Below are positions 51,196-61,600 of a stretch of DNA of 64,000 nt, one piece after another (positions within the stretch are counted from its first letter, which is position 1; every line of letters starts with the position of its first letter). The stretch is from an uncultured Chloroflexia bacterium. GTDB taxonomy: Bacteria; Chloroflexota; Limnocylindria; QHBO01. The stretch is from positions 169 to 64,168 of the forward strand of contig CAVYGE010000006.1 in assembly GCA_963767985.1 (NCBI GenBank), written 5' to 3'. The translations under genes and the position numbers were made by a program. The notes beneath the pieces were generated by a model. The model did not search any database. It was not told the origin of the DNA and worked only from the letters and a program-made list of their open reading frames with translations.

Positions 51196-52007
51196 ACCGA
51201 TGCGGAAGGACCGAAGCGATTGTCGACACGTTGTTGGACGGCGCCGCGCTCAGTCGCGATCAGGTGGAGCACGCGACCACGTGCGCCGACTGTGCACGCC
51301 GAGTGGCCCAGGCTCGTCGCTTCGAGGAAGAGCTGCACCGGGTGGGGGATGCTCTGACGCCAGAACCATTGGCGCCGATCCTCGCGACGAGCCATGCGAT
51401 GACCGGGGGAACCGGCCACGCGGTTCTAGGGCGTCAATCTTGGTGGGCCGGGCTCGGCGTTGCGGTCGCCGTCCTCGTCACCATCGTCTGGGCCGGGACG
51501 GCCGTGGAGGCGACGCGTCTCCCTGCGGGCGGCCATCCACAAGATGCCGCGCCAGATCTGAGCCCCTACGTCGCCATCGCCACTGAGCACCAGCTGGCCT
51601 ACTTCGATGACGGATTGATCGAGTACGAAGAATACGAAACCGCCGTCCTCGCGACCGTCGCGTGCGTCAGGGCTGCCGGACATGATGTCGGTGCTGAAAT
51701 GGCGTCGGACGGCATGTTCCAGTACGTTGGTGGAGTCGGGACTGAGCCGAACGAATCGGGCAATCTCGGGGACGCTATCGATGCGTGCCGAGGAGAGTGG
51801 AGCATGGCGGTCGAACTCGCGTACGCGGAGACCATCGGACCATCCCCGGACGAGCTACCAGCGGTGAGGACCGTGATCGATTGCCTCCGACGTGCTGGCC
51901 GTCCGCCGACCGACGGAGTGCGGGTTGACCAGCTGCGGGCATTCATTGCTGAGCTCGGACCACGTGATCTTGCCTCGGCTTGCGCTGCGCTGTTGCCCGG
52001 GCAATAG
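51192..52007 (+). CDS. anti-sigma factor with zf-HC2-like N-terminus, one TM
   Basis: ATG 51192 overlaps the sigma stop (ATGA). HATTCADCARR (H-x3-C-x2-C). TM WWAGLGVAVAVLVTIVWAG. Cys-containing ectodomain. Confidence 0.65.
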   Translation: MNRCGRTEAIVDTLLDGAALSRDQVEHATTCADCARRVAQARRFEEELHRVGDALTPEPLAPILATSHAMTGGTGHAVLGRQSWWAGLGVAVAVLVTIVWAGTAVEATRLPAGGHPQDAAPDLSPYVAIATEHQLAYFDDGLIEYEEYETAVLATVACVRAAGHDVGAEMASDGMFQYVGGVGTEPNESGNLGDAIDACRGEWSMAVELAYAETIGPSPDELPAVRTVIDCLRRAGRPPTDGVRVDQLRAFIAELGPRDLASACAALLPGQ

Positions 52008-52882
52008 ATGGTTCGAGACCGGATACGAAGCGCAGCTGTGGCCGCGGCCGGTTTCACCCTGCTCGTCGCCTGCAGCGGCGACGAGGCCCTGCACATCACG
52101 CTGAACGGGGAACGCTATGCAGGTGCCCTGCTGTCGCTGGACATCTCCGATGCCGACCTGGCCCCGGCGGGGATCGTGACTGATAGCAACGATCCGACGT
52201 ACCGCGGAGCCCAAGTTTTCACCCTTTCGGGGTCGAGTCGCGCGACATCGTCGTCATGCGCAGCAGTTCGGCCGACGGCCAACCGCTCGTGACCTTCCGG
52301 GCAATAGCGCTCGGCGAGGGAAATGTGTACCGCTTGGTGCCGGAGCTTTGCACCTACGCCGTTGAGGGTGAGATCGAGTGCCCTGACGCCTCCAAGAGTT
52401 CGCCGGATATACCCGGCGAGCTCCCAGGTCCGGATACGTCCGTACCTTCCCGAGCGCCTGGCATCGCCAAGGCATCCATTCACAAGATCGCGCGAATCGC
52501 CGATGCGTTCGGCATGTCGTGCGAGTCCTACGCCCAGGATCCTGGTCACGGCGGCGCATATGGCGTCGATTGCCGCAGCGACATCGGTGGCGTTGCGACC
52601 TCCATCGTGGCCGGGTATTGGGATCTGGAGTTCGTTGACGACGCGCACACGGTCGTCCTAGCGGGGGACGGAGCGGCCATTGGAGGCGCACCTGCAGCGC
52701 GGTTGTTCAGCGAGCTTGCGTCGGCCCTGTTTGATGACGACACAGCGGCGTGGGTCGAGAGCCATGTCGACGCGCCAGAGTGTGCAATGCCAGGCTGCAC
52801 GATCCTCCGGGCGGGTTCGCGGTTGACCATGGTGGTTGGCGAGAATGGAGCTCGCCAGTTCGACATAGCGCCGGCCGACTAG
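52008..52882 (+). CDS. lipoprotein, function unknown (one frame break near 52240)
   Basis: MVRDRIRSAAVAAAGFTLLVACSGDE (lipobox LVAC). Continues in ORF 52256-52882. Confidence 0.5.
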
Positions 52883-52947
52883 GTGGCATCCACGCACTGT
52901 TGCCTGATGGATCGGCGCATGTGGCGCGCACACGGGTGAATAGGGGT

Positions 52948-53023
52948 TGGAGCGGGAGACGGGGATCGAACCCGCGACATGCAGCTTGGAAGGCTGCCGC
53001 TCTGCCAGCTGAGCTACTCCCGC
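52948..53023 (-). tRNA. tRNA-Gly (anticodon TCC), CCA encoded
   Basis: Reverse complement GCGGGAGTAGCTCAGCTGGCAGAGCGGCAGCCTTCCAAGCTGCATGTCGCGGGTTCGATCCCCGTCTCCCGCTCCA. Clean cloverleaf, anticodon loop CTTCCAA. Confidence 0.92.
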
Positions 53024-53085
53024 ATCGCAGGAGCTGAACGATACCCGAGTCTGGCCGGCACGCCAATCGAGGGGCCGCGTGCCCC

Positions 53086-54040
53086 TCACGTTCCGGCCAG
53101 GCGCTCCACCACCGGCGCCATCTCGTCAACGCTCCCGACCATGACCGAGGTGATGCCGAGCTCGTCCCGCAGGCGGCGGATCTTCTCTACGAAGCCGTCG
53201 ACGCTGTTGATGAAGATGTGCGGCGAGTCGAGGAGCTCCTCGGCGCTGACCGCGACGCCGCTCCGCTCTTCCAGGCGCGCGGCCAGCTCGCCCGCCTCGC
53301 GCAGCGGGTGATCGGTGACGCTGACGCCGGTCATCGAGGGATAGACGTTGAACTCCAGGTCCGCGAACCGGCCGCCGGCCTCGGCGCGCACCCAGCGCGA
53401 TCTTCTCGGCGCTGGCCTCGACCGTGATCGATCGCGGATCGCCCGCGCCATTGGGCAGGATGCGCGGCGCCAGGCCGACGATGTTCGCCTCGCGCGCGGC
53501 CAGCTCGAGCGTGCGCCGGCCGCCACCGCCGATGAGGAACGGAGGATGCGGTCGCTGGATCGGCTTCGGATAGGCGTCGTGCTCGGTGATCGTGTAGTGG
53601 TCGCCGTCAAAGCTGAAGGCTCCCTCGCCAAAGCAGCCCTTGAGCACCGCGATCGCCTCCCGCAGCCGCGCCTGGCGGATCGGCGCACCGTCGAAGGGCA
53701 GCCCGATGGCGTGGTACTCCGGCTGGTTCCAGCCCGCGCCGATCGCGACATCCAGGCGGCCGTCACTCAGGACGTCGAGGCTGGCCAGGTCCTGGGCAAG
53801 CACGGCGGGATGGCGGAGATCGTTGTTGTGGACGAACGCGCTGATCCGAAGCCGATCCGAAAGTGCCGCGATGGCGGCCATGACCGGGATCGGCGCCATC
53901 TGCTCGATCAGGTGATCGGGGATCACCAGGGTGTCGATCCCGATGGCCTCCGCTCGGCGAATCGTCTCGGTGAGCTCGCTGGACGGAGGCGATATCGCGC
54001 GCCTCGGCGAGGAAGCGGAACGGTCGGGACACTGCGACAT
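53086..54040 (-). CDS. LLM-class (luciferase-like) F420-dependent oxidoreductase (frame breaks)
   Basis: ..AEAIGIDTLVIPDHL.., ..FVHNNDLRHPAVLAQDLASLDVLSDGRLDVAIGAGW.., ..HPPFLIGGGGRRTLELAAREANIVGL.., shifted C-terminus ..SPHIFINSVDGFVEKIRRLRDELGITSVMV... Confidence 0.75.
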
Positions 54041-54156
54041 TGTGGACGATCGAGCGGCTTTGGCGTCCCGCGCCGCGCCGGATGGTGCGGTCTGGTGCAG
54101 TCCGGTGGGGTCGGGGCGGGTTGTTGGACGGGGGACTCCAATGGTCCAATCGGGTC

Positions 54157-54843
54157 ATGCCTGCCCGCGACGGTGCCCCGAGCCGCCGGCCGGAGGGGGG
54201 AGATCGCCTTGGTCCGATGTCCAATGCCGTCGACCTGATCCGCCGTGGAGAGACGGTGCTCACCCTCATCGACCCTGGTGCCCAGGGACGTGACCCCCAT
54301 GCCTTCAGCCAGTGGCTGCGCGCGCGGCTCACGATTGCCGAGCTTCCGCGCCTGATCCTGCCCGCCTGCGATATCCGATGCGCGGGTCTCGACCACGACC
54401 CCGATGACTTCGTGATCCTCAGCGACATCGCGCTCGACCCGGCCGAGCCGCGCCGCCCGTCGTGGTGGGCGGATTGGAACGACTCGCTCGACCACCTCCA
54501 CCAGTCGGGTGCGGTGTGGTACGCCGGGGCCCCGGCCCTGCCGGTGACGCCTCGCAAGCAGCGGCTCGGCATCGGCACCAGGCTGCGGCGCGTCACGAGC
54601 ACGGACCCTGCCTGGGTCGCCTACGACCGCACGCCGCAGGAGACGCTGTTCCACATCGCCGACGGGCCCCTGGTCGGGGGTTCGCTGATTGCCGTGACGT
54701 TCGGTCCGGCGCCGCTGCTGCCCACGTTCGCCGGCACCCTCATCGCCCCGGACCACCCGCCGGTGCGCGATGCGCGGATCGCCGTTCGCCTCATGGCGGC
54801 CGGATGGTCGGCGGTCGAGCGCGGCCTGCCCTACGAGGAGTAG
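54157..54843 (+). CDS. hypothetical protein (start uncertain: 54040, 54157 or 54217)
   Basis: ORF to 54843 with normal composition (..VDLIRRGETVLTLIDPGAQGRDPHAFSQWL..). Confidence 0.4.
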   Translation: MPARDGAPSRRPEGGDRLGPMSNAVDLIRRGETVLTLIDPGAQGRDPHAFSQWLRARLTIAELPRLILPACDIRCAGLDHDPDDFVILSDIALDPAEPRRPSWWADWNDSLDHLHQSGAVWYAGAPALPVTPRKQRLGIGTRLRRVTSTDPAWVAYDRTPQETLFHIADGPLVGGSLIAVTFGPAPLLPTFAGTLIAPDHPPVRDARIAVRLMAAGWSAVERGLPYEE

Positions 54844-54930
54844 TCCGCGCCTCTGTCAGGTCCAGGTTGCCGCGTATATACGGATATACTCCGCGCCACC
54901 CGAGACACCGCACCCGAGACACCCGCCCCG

Positions 54931-56950
54931 CTAGCCGCCTGACGCGGAATCGGCGCGAGCGGGCTGGTCCACCCGGCCCTCACCCTTGCCGTTGCCTGAT
55001 TCCTGTTTGGCGGGCGTCTGTGGCGCCAGCGGCGTGGAGCGCATCGGCGCACTTCCTCGCTCGGCGTGGATCACGTGCATCACCGCGTTGATGAGCGACA
55101 GGTGGGTGAACGCCTGCGGGAAGTTGCCGAGGTGGCGTCCGGTGTCCGGATCGAGCTCCTCGCCATACAGCCCCAGGCTGCTGGCGTAGGACAGGAGCTT
55201 CTCGCACAGTCGGGCGGCGCGCACGACCTCGCCGATCTCGACCAGCGCCGATACCAGCCAGAACGAGCAGATCGTGAAGCTGCCCTCGTCGCCGGACAGG
55301 CCGTCGTCGGTCAGCTCGGTGCGGTAGCGCAGGACCAGGCCGTCGTCGGTCAGCTCGTCCGCGATGGCAAGGACCGTCGCCCGAATTCGCGGATCGTGGG
55401 GTGAGAGGAAGCGGACGAGCGGCATGAGCAGCAGCGAGGCATCAAGCGCATCGGTCTCGTAGTGTTGGGTGAAGACGCCGCGCTTGTCGATGCCGTTGGC
55501 GCAGATGTCGGCGTGGATCTCGTCGGCGGCCGCCTGCCACTTCTCGGCGAGATCGTGCGCCTCGCGGATCCGCGCAAGACGGGCACCGCGGTCGGCGGCG
55601 ACCCAGCACATGACCTTCGAGCTGGTGAAGTGCTTCGGCTCGCCGCGGACTTCCCAGATGCCGCGATCAGGCTCGCGCCAGTGCTCGAGGGCCGCCTCGA
55701 CCTGGCGCACCATGATCGGCCAGATCCGCTCGTCGAGGTGGTCGCGCGACTTCGTGTGGAGATAGACCGAGTCCAGGACCGCGCCCCACATGTCGTGCTG
55801 CCGCTGGCCGTAGGCGCCATTGCCGACCCGCACCGGCCGCGCGCCCTCGTAACCGGAGAGGTGGGGGAGCTCACGCTCCTCGAGCGCCTTCTCGCCGTCG
55901 ACCCCGTACATGATCTGGAGCTCGTCGTCGCGTTCCGCGACATCGGCGATGAAGTGGAGGTAGTCGTTCGCCTCCCAGTCGAAGCCCAGCGTGTAGAGGC
56001 CCCACAGCGCGAAGGTCGAGTCGCGGATCCAGCTGTAGCGATAGTCCCAGTTGCGCTCGCCACCGGGCGTCTCGGGCAGCGAGGTGGTGGCGGCGGCGAC
56101 CACGGCACCGGTTGGCGCGTAGGTCAGGCCCTTGAGGGTCAGCGCCGAGCGCTCCAGGAACGAGCGCCATGGATGATCCGGGAACGTGCCGCGGGCGAGC
56201 CAGTGCTGCCAGTGGTGCGCGGTCCAGACCAGGCGCTCGTAGGCATCCTCGGCGCTGCGAGGCACGGCGGCGCCATTCCATGACAGGGCGCAGAACCGCG
56301 TCTCGCCCTCCTTGATCAGGGTCCGGCCCATGGCGCGCGGACCTTCGAAGCCGATGTTCATGTCGCTCGTCAGCACCAGCTCCACGTCGCTCGCCCTCGG
56401 CGGTGACGGCGCCCTGCCGGTAGCCGCTCTCGGTGTAGCGCCAGGTTCCCGGCGTGCGGCCATAGTCGAAGACCGGCTCGCAATCGAGGGTCAGCTGCAT
56501 CTCGCCGTTCACGCAGCGCACGATGCGCAGCAGGACGTGGCTGGTGTCGTAGTCGGTCGGGGGGCGGCGCTGGATCTTCGAGCGTTCGTCGCCGTGTCGC
56601 CACGGGCCGATGAGCATGACGTCGCGCACGATGATCCAGCCGCTGGGCGAACCCCAGCTCGTCTCGAGGACCATGGTCCCGGGCAGGTAGCGCCGGGCTG
56701 CGGGAACCTGGAGGTCGGACGGCCCGAAGCGGAACCCGCCGGCGTCCCGGTCGAGGATGGCGCCGAAGACGCTCGGCGAGTCGATGCGCGGCAGGCAGAG
56801 CCACTCGACGTTCCCGCTCGGGGCGATCAGGGAGGTGGTCTCGCCGTCGGACAGGAAGCCGTACTCGCCGATGGGCGGGAAGGGCGACGCGCGGAACTGG
56901 GTCCGAGGCGGCACGTGGTCACGCCCCTCAGCGCGTCCGTTCGTCGACAT
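54931..56950 (-). CDS. glycoside hydrolase family 15 (glucoamylase/trehalase-like) (one frame break near 56390)
   Basis: ..IGEYGFLSDGETTSLIAPSGNVEWLCLPRIDSPSVFGAILD.., ..AAATTSLPETPGGERNWDYRYSWIRDSTFAL.., ..WEVRGEPKHFTSSKVMCWVA.., ..LGLYGEELDPDTGRHLGNFPQAFTHLSLINA... Confidence 0.85.
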
Positions 56951-57033
56951 CGGTTACCTCCGACGTGGGTCCGACAGTCTCACACGTTCGCTGCGCGGGG
57001 CCAACCCCCGATGGTCCTGGTCCCGGCGAGCGC

Positions 57034-57903
57034 TCAGATGTCGGCGTCGAAGGTGTTGCAGGCGTTCGGGTCCCGACGCTCGAGGCCGGTGCTGAACCAC
57101 TCCTGGCGTTGCTCCGAGGAGCCATGCGTCCAGGTCTCGCGGTTGACCTGGCCCTGCGTCTCCTGCTGGATCCGGTCGTCGCCGATGACGCTGGCCGCGT
57201 CGAGCGCCTGGTTGATCTGCTCCTGGGTCAGGGGTTCGAGATACCCCGTCTCGACCGCGTTGCCACCCCACGTGCCCGCGAAGCAGTCGGCCTGGAGCTC
57301 GGTGCGCACCGCCCCGCCCTCGGCACCGGCATCGCGGCCGGCGTCCAGGAATCCGAGCAGGTGCTGCATGTGATGGCCGTACTCGTGCGCCACCACGTAT
57401 TCCTCCGCGAACGGGCCGCCCTCGGCCCCGAATTGCGACTCGAGCTGGTCGAAGAAGCCCAGGTCGAGGTAGATCGTCTGGTCGACCGGGCAGTAGAACG
57501 GCCCCACGGCGCTCGTTGCCGAGCCGCAGTCTGTGTTGACATTGTCGTTGAACAGCACGACCTCGGGCTGGGTGAACGCACGATCCGACCCGCGCATCGC
57601 CCCCTCCCAGTACACGTCGAGGCTCTGGACCGTCGCCAGGATGCGGCAGTCACGACGATCGTTGGCATCCGTGCCCGTCTCGCAGGACGAGGCGAGCTCA
57701 CTGGAGAGAGGGGCGTTGCCCTGCCCCGTGCCGCCGCCGAGGCCGCCGATGTCGCCGAGGTTCCCGCCGAGCAGCAGGATGATGCCCAGGATCACGAGGC
57801 TGCCAAGCCCGCCGCCGATGGCGATGCCGCCGCCGCGCACGCGCCGCCCGCGGCGGTCCTGGATGCGGCCCGGGTCGAGGTTGACGTCCCGCCGAAAGGT
57901 CAT
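57034..57903 (-). CDS. YpfJ-like neutral zinc metallopeptidase, N-terminal TM
   Basis: ATG 57903. TM LGSLVILGIILLLGG. ..GPFYCPVDQTIYLDLGFF.., HExxH in VVAHEYGHHMQ, ..ELQADCFAG... Confidence 0.8.
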   Translation of the reverse strand: MTFRRDVNLDPGRIQDRRGRRVRGGGIAIGGGLGSLVILGIILLLGGNLGDIGGLGGGTGQGNAPLSSELASSCETGTDANDRRDCRILATVQSLDVYWEGAMRGSDRAFTQPEVVLFNDNVNTDCGSATSAVGPFYCPVDQTIYLDLGFFDQLESQFGAEGGPFAEEYVVAHEYGHHMQHLLGFLDAGRDAGAEGGAVRTELQADCFAGTWGGNAVETGYLEPLTQEQINQALDAASVIGDDRIQQETQGQVNRETWTHGSSEQRQEWFSTGLERRDPNACNTFDADI

Positions 57904-58036
57904 GCTGGCTCTGCTCCGGTCTTCGTGGCCGGCCGCCGACTGGGCGCCCGCTCGCCGATGGGGAAGCATAGCGTCCAGCGTGCCAGCGGACCCCGGCAGG
58001 ACTTTTCGGGCAATGGTGCCCGGCCAGGATCGCCGC

Positions 58037-59083
58037 CTAGGTGCTCAGCCTCTCCGCGAGCCAGGCGAGCGCATCGGGGTAGCGCCAGTCGATCCCGGAG
58101 TGCGTGCCGTCGAACAGCTCGAAGCGGACTCGCTCGTCGTCGACACCGAGCTTCGCCAGCTCGTTGCGGAAGGCCACGGCTCCGAGGTCGAGATAGAAGT
58201 CGTCGCTGCGTCCGGCGTCGATCCAGATCGCGCGCAGCCCGCGAAGCGCATCGGCGTGGCGTGGTGCCATGCGCACCGGATCCCAGGCCAGCCAGCGCTC
58301 CCAGACCTCGGGAATGGCGCGGCCGGTATCGGGTTCGAACGGCAGATGGACGGTGCCGTCGGCATCGGCGGAGTAGCAGGCGGCCATGCACCACACGTTG
58401 AGGAGGGCGCCATCGGTTCCCTTCGACCGGCCGGGCCGCGACCGGACGTCGGACCAGAACGCGTCGTACGACCCGTCGTAGACGTCGCGCAGCGCGCGAG
58501 CCGCCTCGCGGAAGTCGGGGCCGTAGCAGACCTCGAACAGCGCGTCGCCCGCGTGCGTGACCAGGCCACCGAAGAGGTCGGGGCGGAGCATCGGCGTGAT
58601 CATGGCGCCGTATCCTCCCGAGCTCTTGCCGGCCACGCCGCGATGCCCGGCGCCGTCCAGGGTCCGGTAGCGGGAGTCGACGAACGGGACGACCTCGTCG
58701 CACAGGTACGTGTGATAGCGGCCGGTTGCACCTGAGTCCAGGAACTGCGCACCGCCGAGACTGGTCCACGCGTCGACGAAGACGATGACCGCGGGGACCG
58801 TCCCGTCGACGGCGAAGCGGTCGTCGATGGCCTCGGTCACCGTCGGCGTGAATGCCTTGCGGTTGCTCCACATGTCGAGTTGCCCGGTGAGGCCCTGGAT
58901 GACGTAGATCGTCGGGTAGCGACGCTCATCGGCGTCGTAGCCCGGCGGGGTGTAGACCCACACGGGCCGCCGATGGGGGTCGCCGAGCGGGTTGCCGGTC
59001 AGCGCCTCGGAGTCGATCACGAGCTCATCGAGACGCCCGTGCCAGGTATGCCCCCAGGGCGGAGGGAGCTCGTCGTCCGTCAT
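58037..59083 (-). CDS. putative esterase (alpha/beta hydrolase, esterase D/enterochelin-esterase-like)
   Basis: ATG 59083 overlaps the upstream stop. ..RYPTIYVIQGLTGQ.., nucleophile elbow GVAGKSSGGYGA, ..LFDGTHSG... Confidence 0.75.
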   Translation of the reverse strand: MTDDELPPPWGHTWHGRLDELVIDSEALTGNPLGDPHRRPVWVYTPPGYDADERRYPTIYVIQGLTGQLDMWSNRKAFTPTVTEAIDDRFAVDGTVPAVIVFVDAWTSLGGAQFLDSGATGRYHTYLCDEVVPFVDSRYRTLDGAGHRGVAGKSSGGYGAMITPMLRPDLFGGLVTHAGDALFEVCYGPDFREAARALRDVYDGSYDAFWSDVRSRPGRSKGTDGALLNVWCMAACYSADADGTVHLPFEPDTGRAIPEVWERWLAWDPVRMAPRHADALRGLRAIWIDAGRSDDFYLDLGAVAFRNELAKLGVDDERVRFELFDGTHSGIDWRYPDALAWLAERLST

Positions 59084-59808
59084 CCGGTCTCTCCTCGCAG
59101 CTCGACGGTGGTGAGGCGACGCATGGCGAGGGCCAGCGCCAGCACCACGACCGCGCCCCCGACCAGCAGCGCGATCCCCGGCTCCAGCTCGGCGGCGACC
59201 GCGCCCTCTCCGACCAGGGCATCCCCGACGGACAGCGCGTGCTGGCGGACCGACAGGATCCGGGTGCCGGCGAATAGCCCCGCGACGACGCCCTCCCAGA
59301 TGACGACGTACGCCAGCCCGACCACCAGCGCGCGCGAGGTCACCAGCGACAGTGCCAGGAACACGGCGGTGTACTCGAGCGCCCCCACCGCCGATGCCGC
59401 CGCGTAGCCGATGCCGATCCCGGCGTTGCCACCGGTTCCCACCACCCCGCCGATGAGAATCGGCAGCGCGACGAGCAGTGAGCTCACGAGCCACGCCACC
59501 ACGAACTTGACGAGCACGATGAGCCAGCGCGGCACCGGTTTTGCCAGCAGGTAGACGATCGTGCCGTCATCGAGCTCCGACCCGACGGCCGCGGTGCCCA
59601 CGATGACCGTGACGAGCGGCAGCAGGACCGCCAGCCCGAAGTCGGCCAGCAGCCGCCCGGTGAAGCGCGTGGCCTCGGTCGCATCGGGATCTCCGAGCCG
59701 GAAGACGATGGCAACCAGCACGAGCAGGGCGCCGAGCAACCCGAGCATCAGCGTCCGACGCCGATTGAGGAGAGCGCGGAAGGTGAGCGCGACGAGGGCC
59801 GGGATCAT
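59080..59808 (-). CDS. ABC-2-type transporter permease; intact
   Basis: 242 aa with 6 predicted hydrophobic helices. Start overlaps the ATPase stop (ATGA). Confidence 0.7.
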   Translation of the reverse strand: MIPALVALTFRALLNRRRTLMLGLLGALLVLVAIVFRLGDPDATEATRFTGRLLADFGLAVLLPLVTVIVGTAAVGSELDDGTIVYLLAKPVPRWLIVLVKFVVAWLVSSLLVALPILIGGVVGTGGNAGIGIGYAAASAVGALEYTAVFLALSLVTSRALVVGLAYVVIWEGVVAGLFAGTRILSVRQHALSVGDALVGEGAVAAELEPGIALLVGGAVVVLALALAMRRLTTVELRGETG

Positions 59809-60718
59809 CGGCGCACCAGGTAGCTGAACACCGATTCGAGCGACTCGTCGGCGGGCCGCAGCTCGAACAGCGTGACGCCGGCACGGCGTGCGGCCGGAGC
59901 CACGGCACGGGTCAGCGCCCCGTAGTCGCCGGTGCGGATGGTCAGGCGATCGTCGCGGATCTCGACCGATTCGACCTCCGGCCCATCCAGCAGCTCCCGC
60001 GCCAGCTTTCGGTCGTCGCTCGAGCGGAGGGTGAACTGGTGCGGCCGGTCGGTCATCAGGCGCCGGATGCGCCGAAAGTCGCCGGACGCGGCCAGGCGAC
60101 CGGCAACGACGACCAGGACGCGGTCCGACAGCCGCTCGACCTCCTCGAGGATGTGGCTGCTGAACAGGATCGTGCGACCGTCGGCTGCCATGCGTCGCAG
60201 GAGGTCCATCATCAGCAGGCGCTGGCGTGGGTCCATCCCGTTGAATGGCTCATCCAGGATCAGCGTCTCCGGATCGTGGACGAGGCGCCGCCGCAACCTT
60301 GGCGCGCTGGCGCATGCCCTTCGAGTAGCCGCCCATGCTGCGATCCGCGGCGTCGGCCAGACCGACGAGCTCGATCGCGCGGCGCGTGCTTCCATCAGCG
60401 TCATCGACGCGCGAGAGCCGCGCCGATGCGTTGACGAACTGCCGGGCAGTCAGGAACGGGTAGAACGCCTCGCGCTCCGGGACGAAGCCGACGCGCTCGT
60501 AGATCTCCGGGTGGCGCCAGGTGGCCGTTCCGTCGAGGTCCACCGTTCCGGCAGAGGGCGCCAGGAATCCCGACATCAGGTGGAGCAGCGTCGTCTTCCC
60601 CGCCCCGTTCGGGACCGAGCAGCCCGGTGATGCCGGGACCGACCTCGAAGCTGACGTCGTTGACCGCCACCACGTTGCCGTACCAGCGCGAGACCCCGGC
60701 CAGGGTGAGCAGGCTCAT
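59805..60718 (-). CDS. ABC transporter ATP-binding protein (frame breaks)
   Basis: MSLLTLAGVSRWYGNVVAVNDVSFEVGPGITGLLGP(NGAGKT), signature GGYSKGMRQR, Walker B LILDEPFNGMDP, H-loop FSSHILEE. About 100-aa C-terminal extension. Confidence 0.8.
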
Positions 60719-61600
60719 GTCGTGACTCGGCGGTAGCGGATGGCGAGCATCGCCAGAGATGCCGCCAGCAGCAGCGCCGATGCCAGCCCGTAGACCACGA
60801 GCGGCACTCCTGCACCGGTGACGGGCGACTCCGCCACGCCTCCGCCGAACAGCCACTCCCGCGTGCCGTCGAGGATCGAGAGGGGATTGGTGAAGGGTGC
60901 GTACGACTTCGAGGCCCCCGCCGACCTCTTGCAGCGTGCCGCTGATGACGCCACCGATGAGGAAGACCGCGAGCACCGCCCCGGCCGCGTATGCCCGCCG
61001 CGCGGCCAGCGAGCAGATGGCGAGGCCGAGGCTCGCGAGCACCACGGCGTGGATGATGCCGCTGCCGACGATGGCGGGCAGGGCGCCGAGCTCGTCGCCG
61101 AATGCGGCGATGAGGTCCTCGGCCGCCAGCACGCGTCCCAGGAACAGGACGAGCACCGGCACGAGCGTGAGGCTCAGCAGCGCCAGGCTGAGTGCGACGA
61201 GCTTGGCCGCCACGTAGTCGAAGCGCCCGATCGGGCGACTGAAGTAGAGCGGCAGAACCCGATGCCGGAGGTCGTTGACCACCAGCTCCGGGGCCTGGGC
61301 GGCCATGAAGATCGGGAGGAGCCCGCCGATGCCCCACACGTAGTTCTCGTAGCTGTACAGGTCGACGATGTCGCCGACCAGCACCCGGATGGCGACGGCC
61401 ACGCCGGCCGGCAGCAGGCCGAGGATCACCGCGCCCCACGGGATGATCTTCGAGCGGCCCGATCTCCCCAGACCGAACGACGCGCGCAGGCCGGCGGCAA
61501 CGATCGCTCCGATCGCGCCCCGTCGGCCCAGCCGCGGGCCGTCGTAGCGCCGGTAGCCGATGTCGTAGATCGTGCCGGCCTGCTCAGGCGACGCGGTCAT
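60715..61600 (-). CDS. ABC-2-type transporter permease (one frame break)
   Basis: ATG 61600. ..IYDIGYRRYDGPRLGR.., then multiple TM helices. C-terminus is in ORF 60715-60954. Confidence 0.65.

Noticed and set aside
47995-52947. Mobile-element genes (integrase, transposase, phage) within the lower-GC islet, and elsewhere in the window.
   Set aside because: No ORF in any frame shows integrase or transposase hallmarks (no R..HxxR..Y or DDE contexts recognised). The islet is reported only as a compositional and tRNA-adjacent anomaly.
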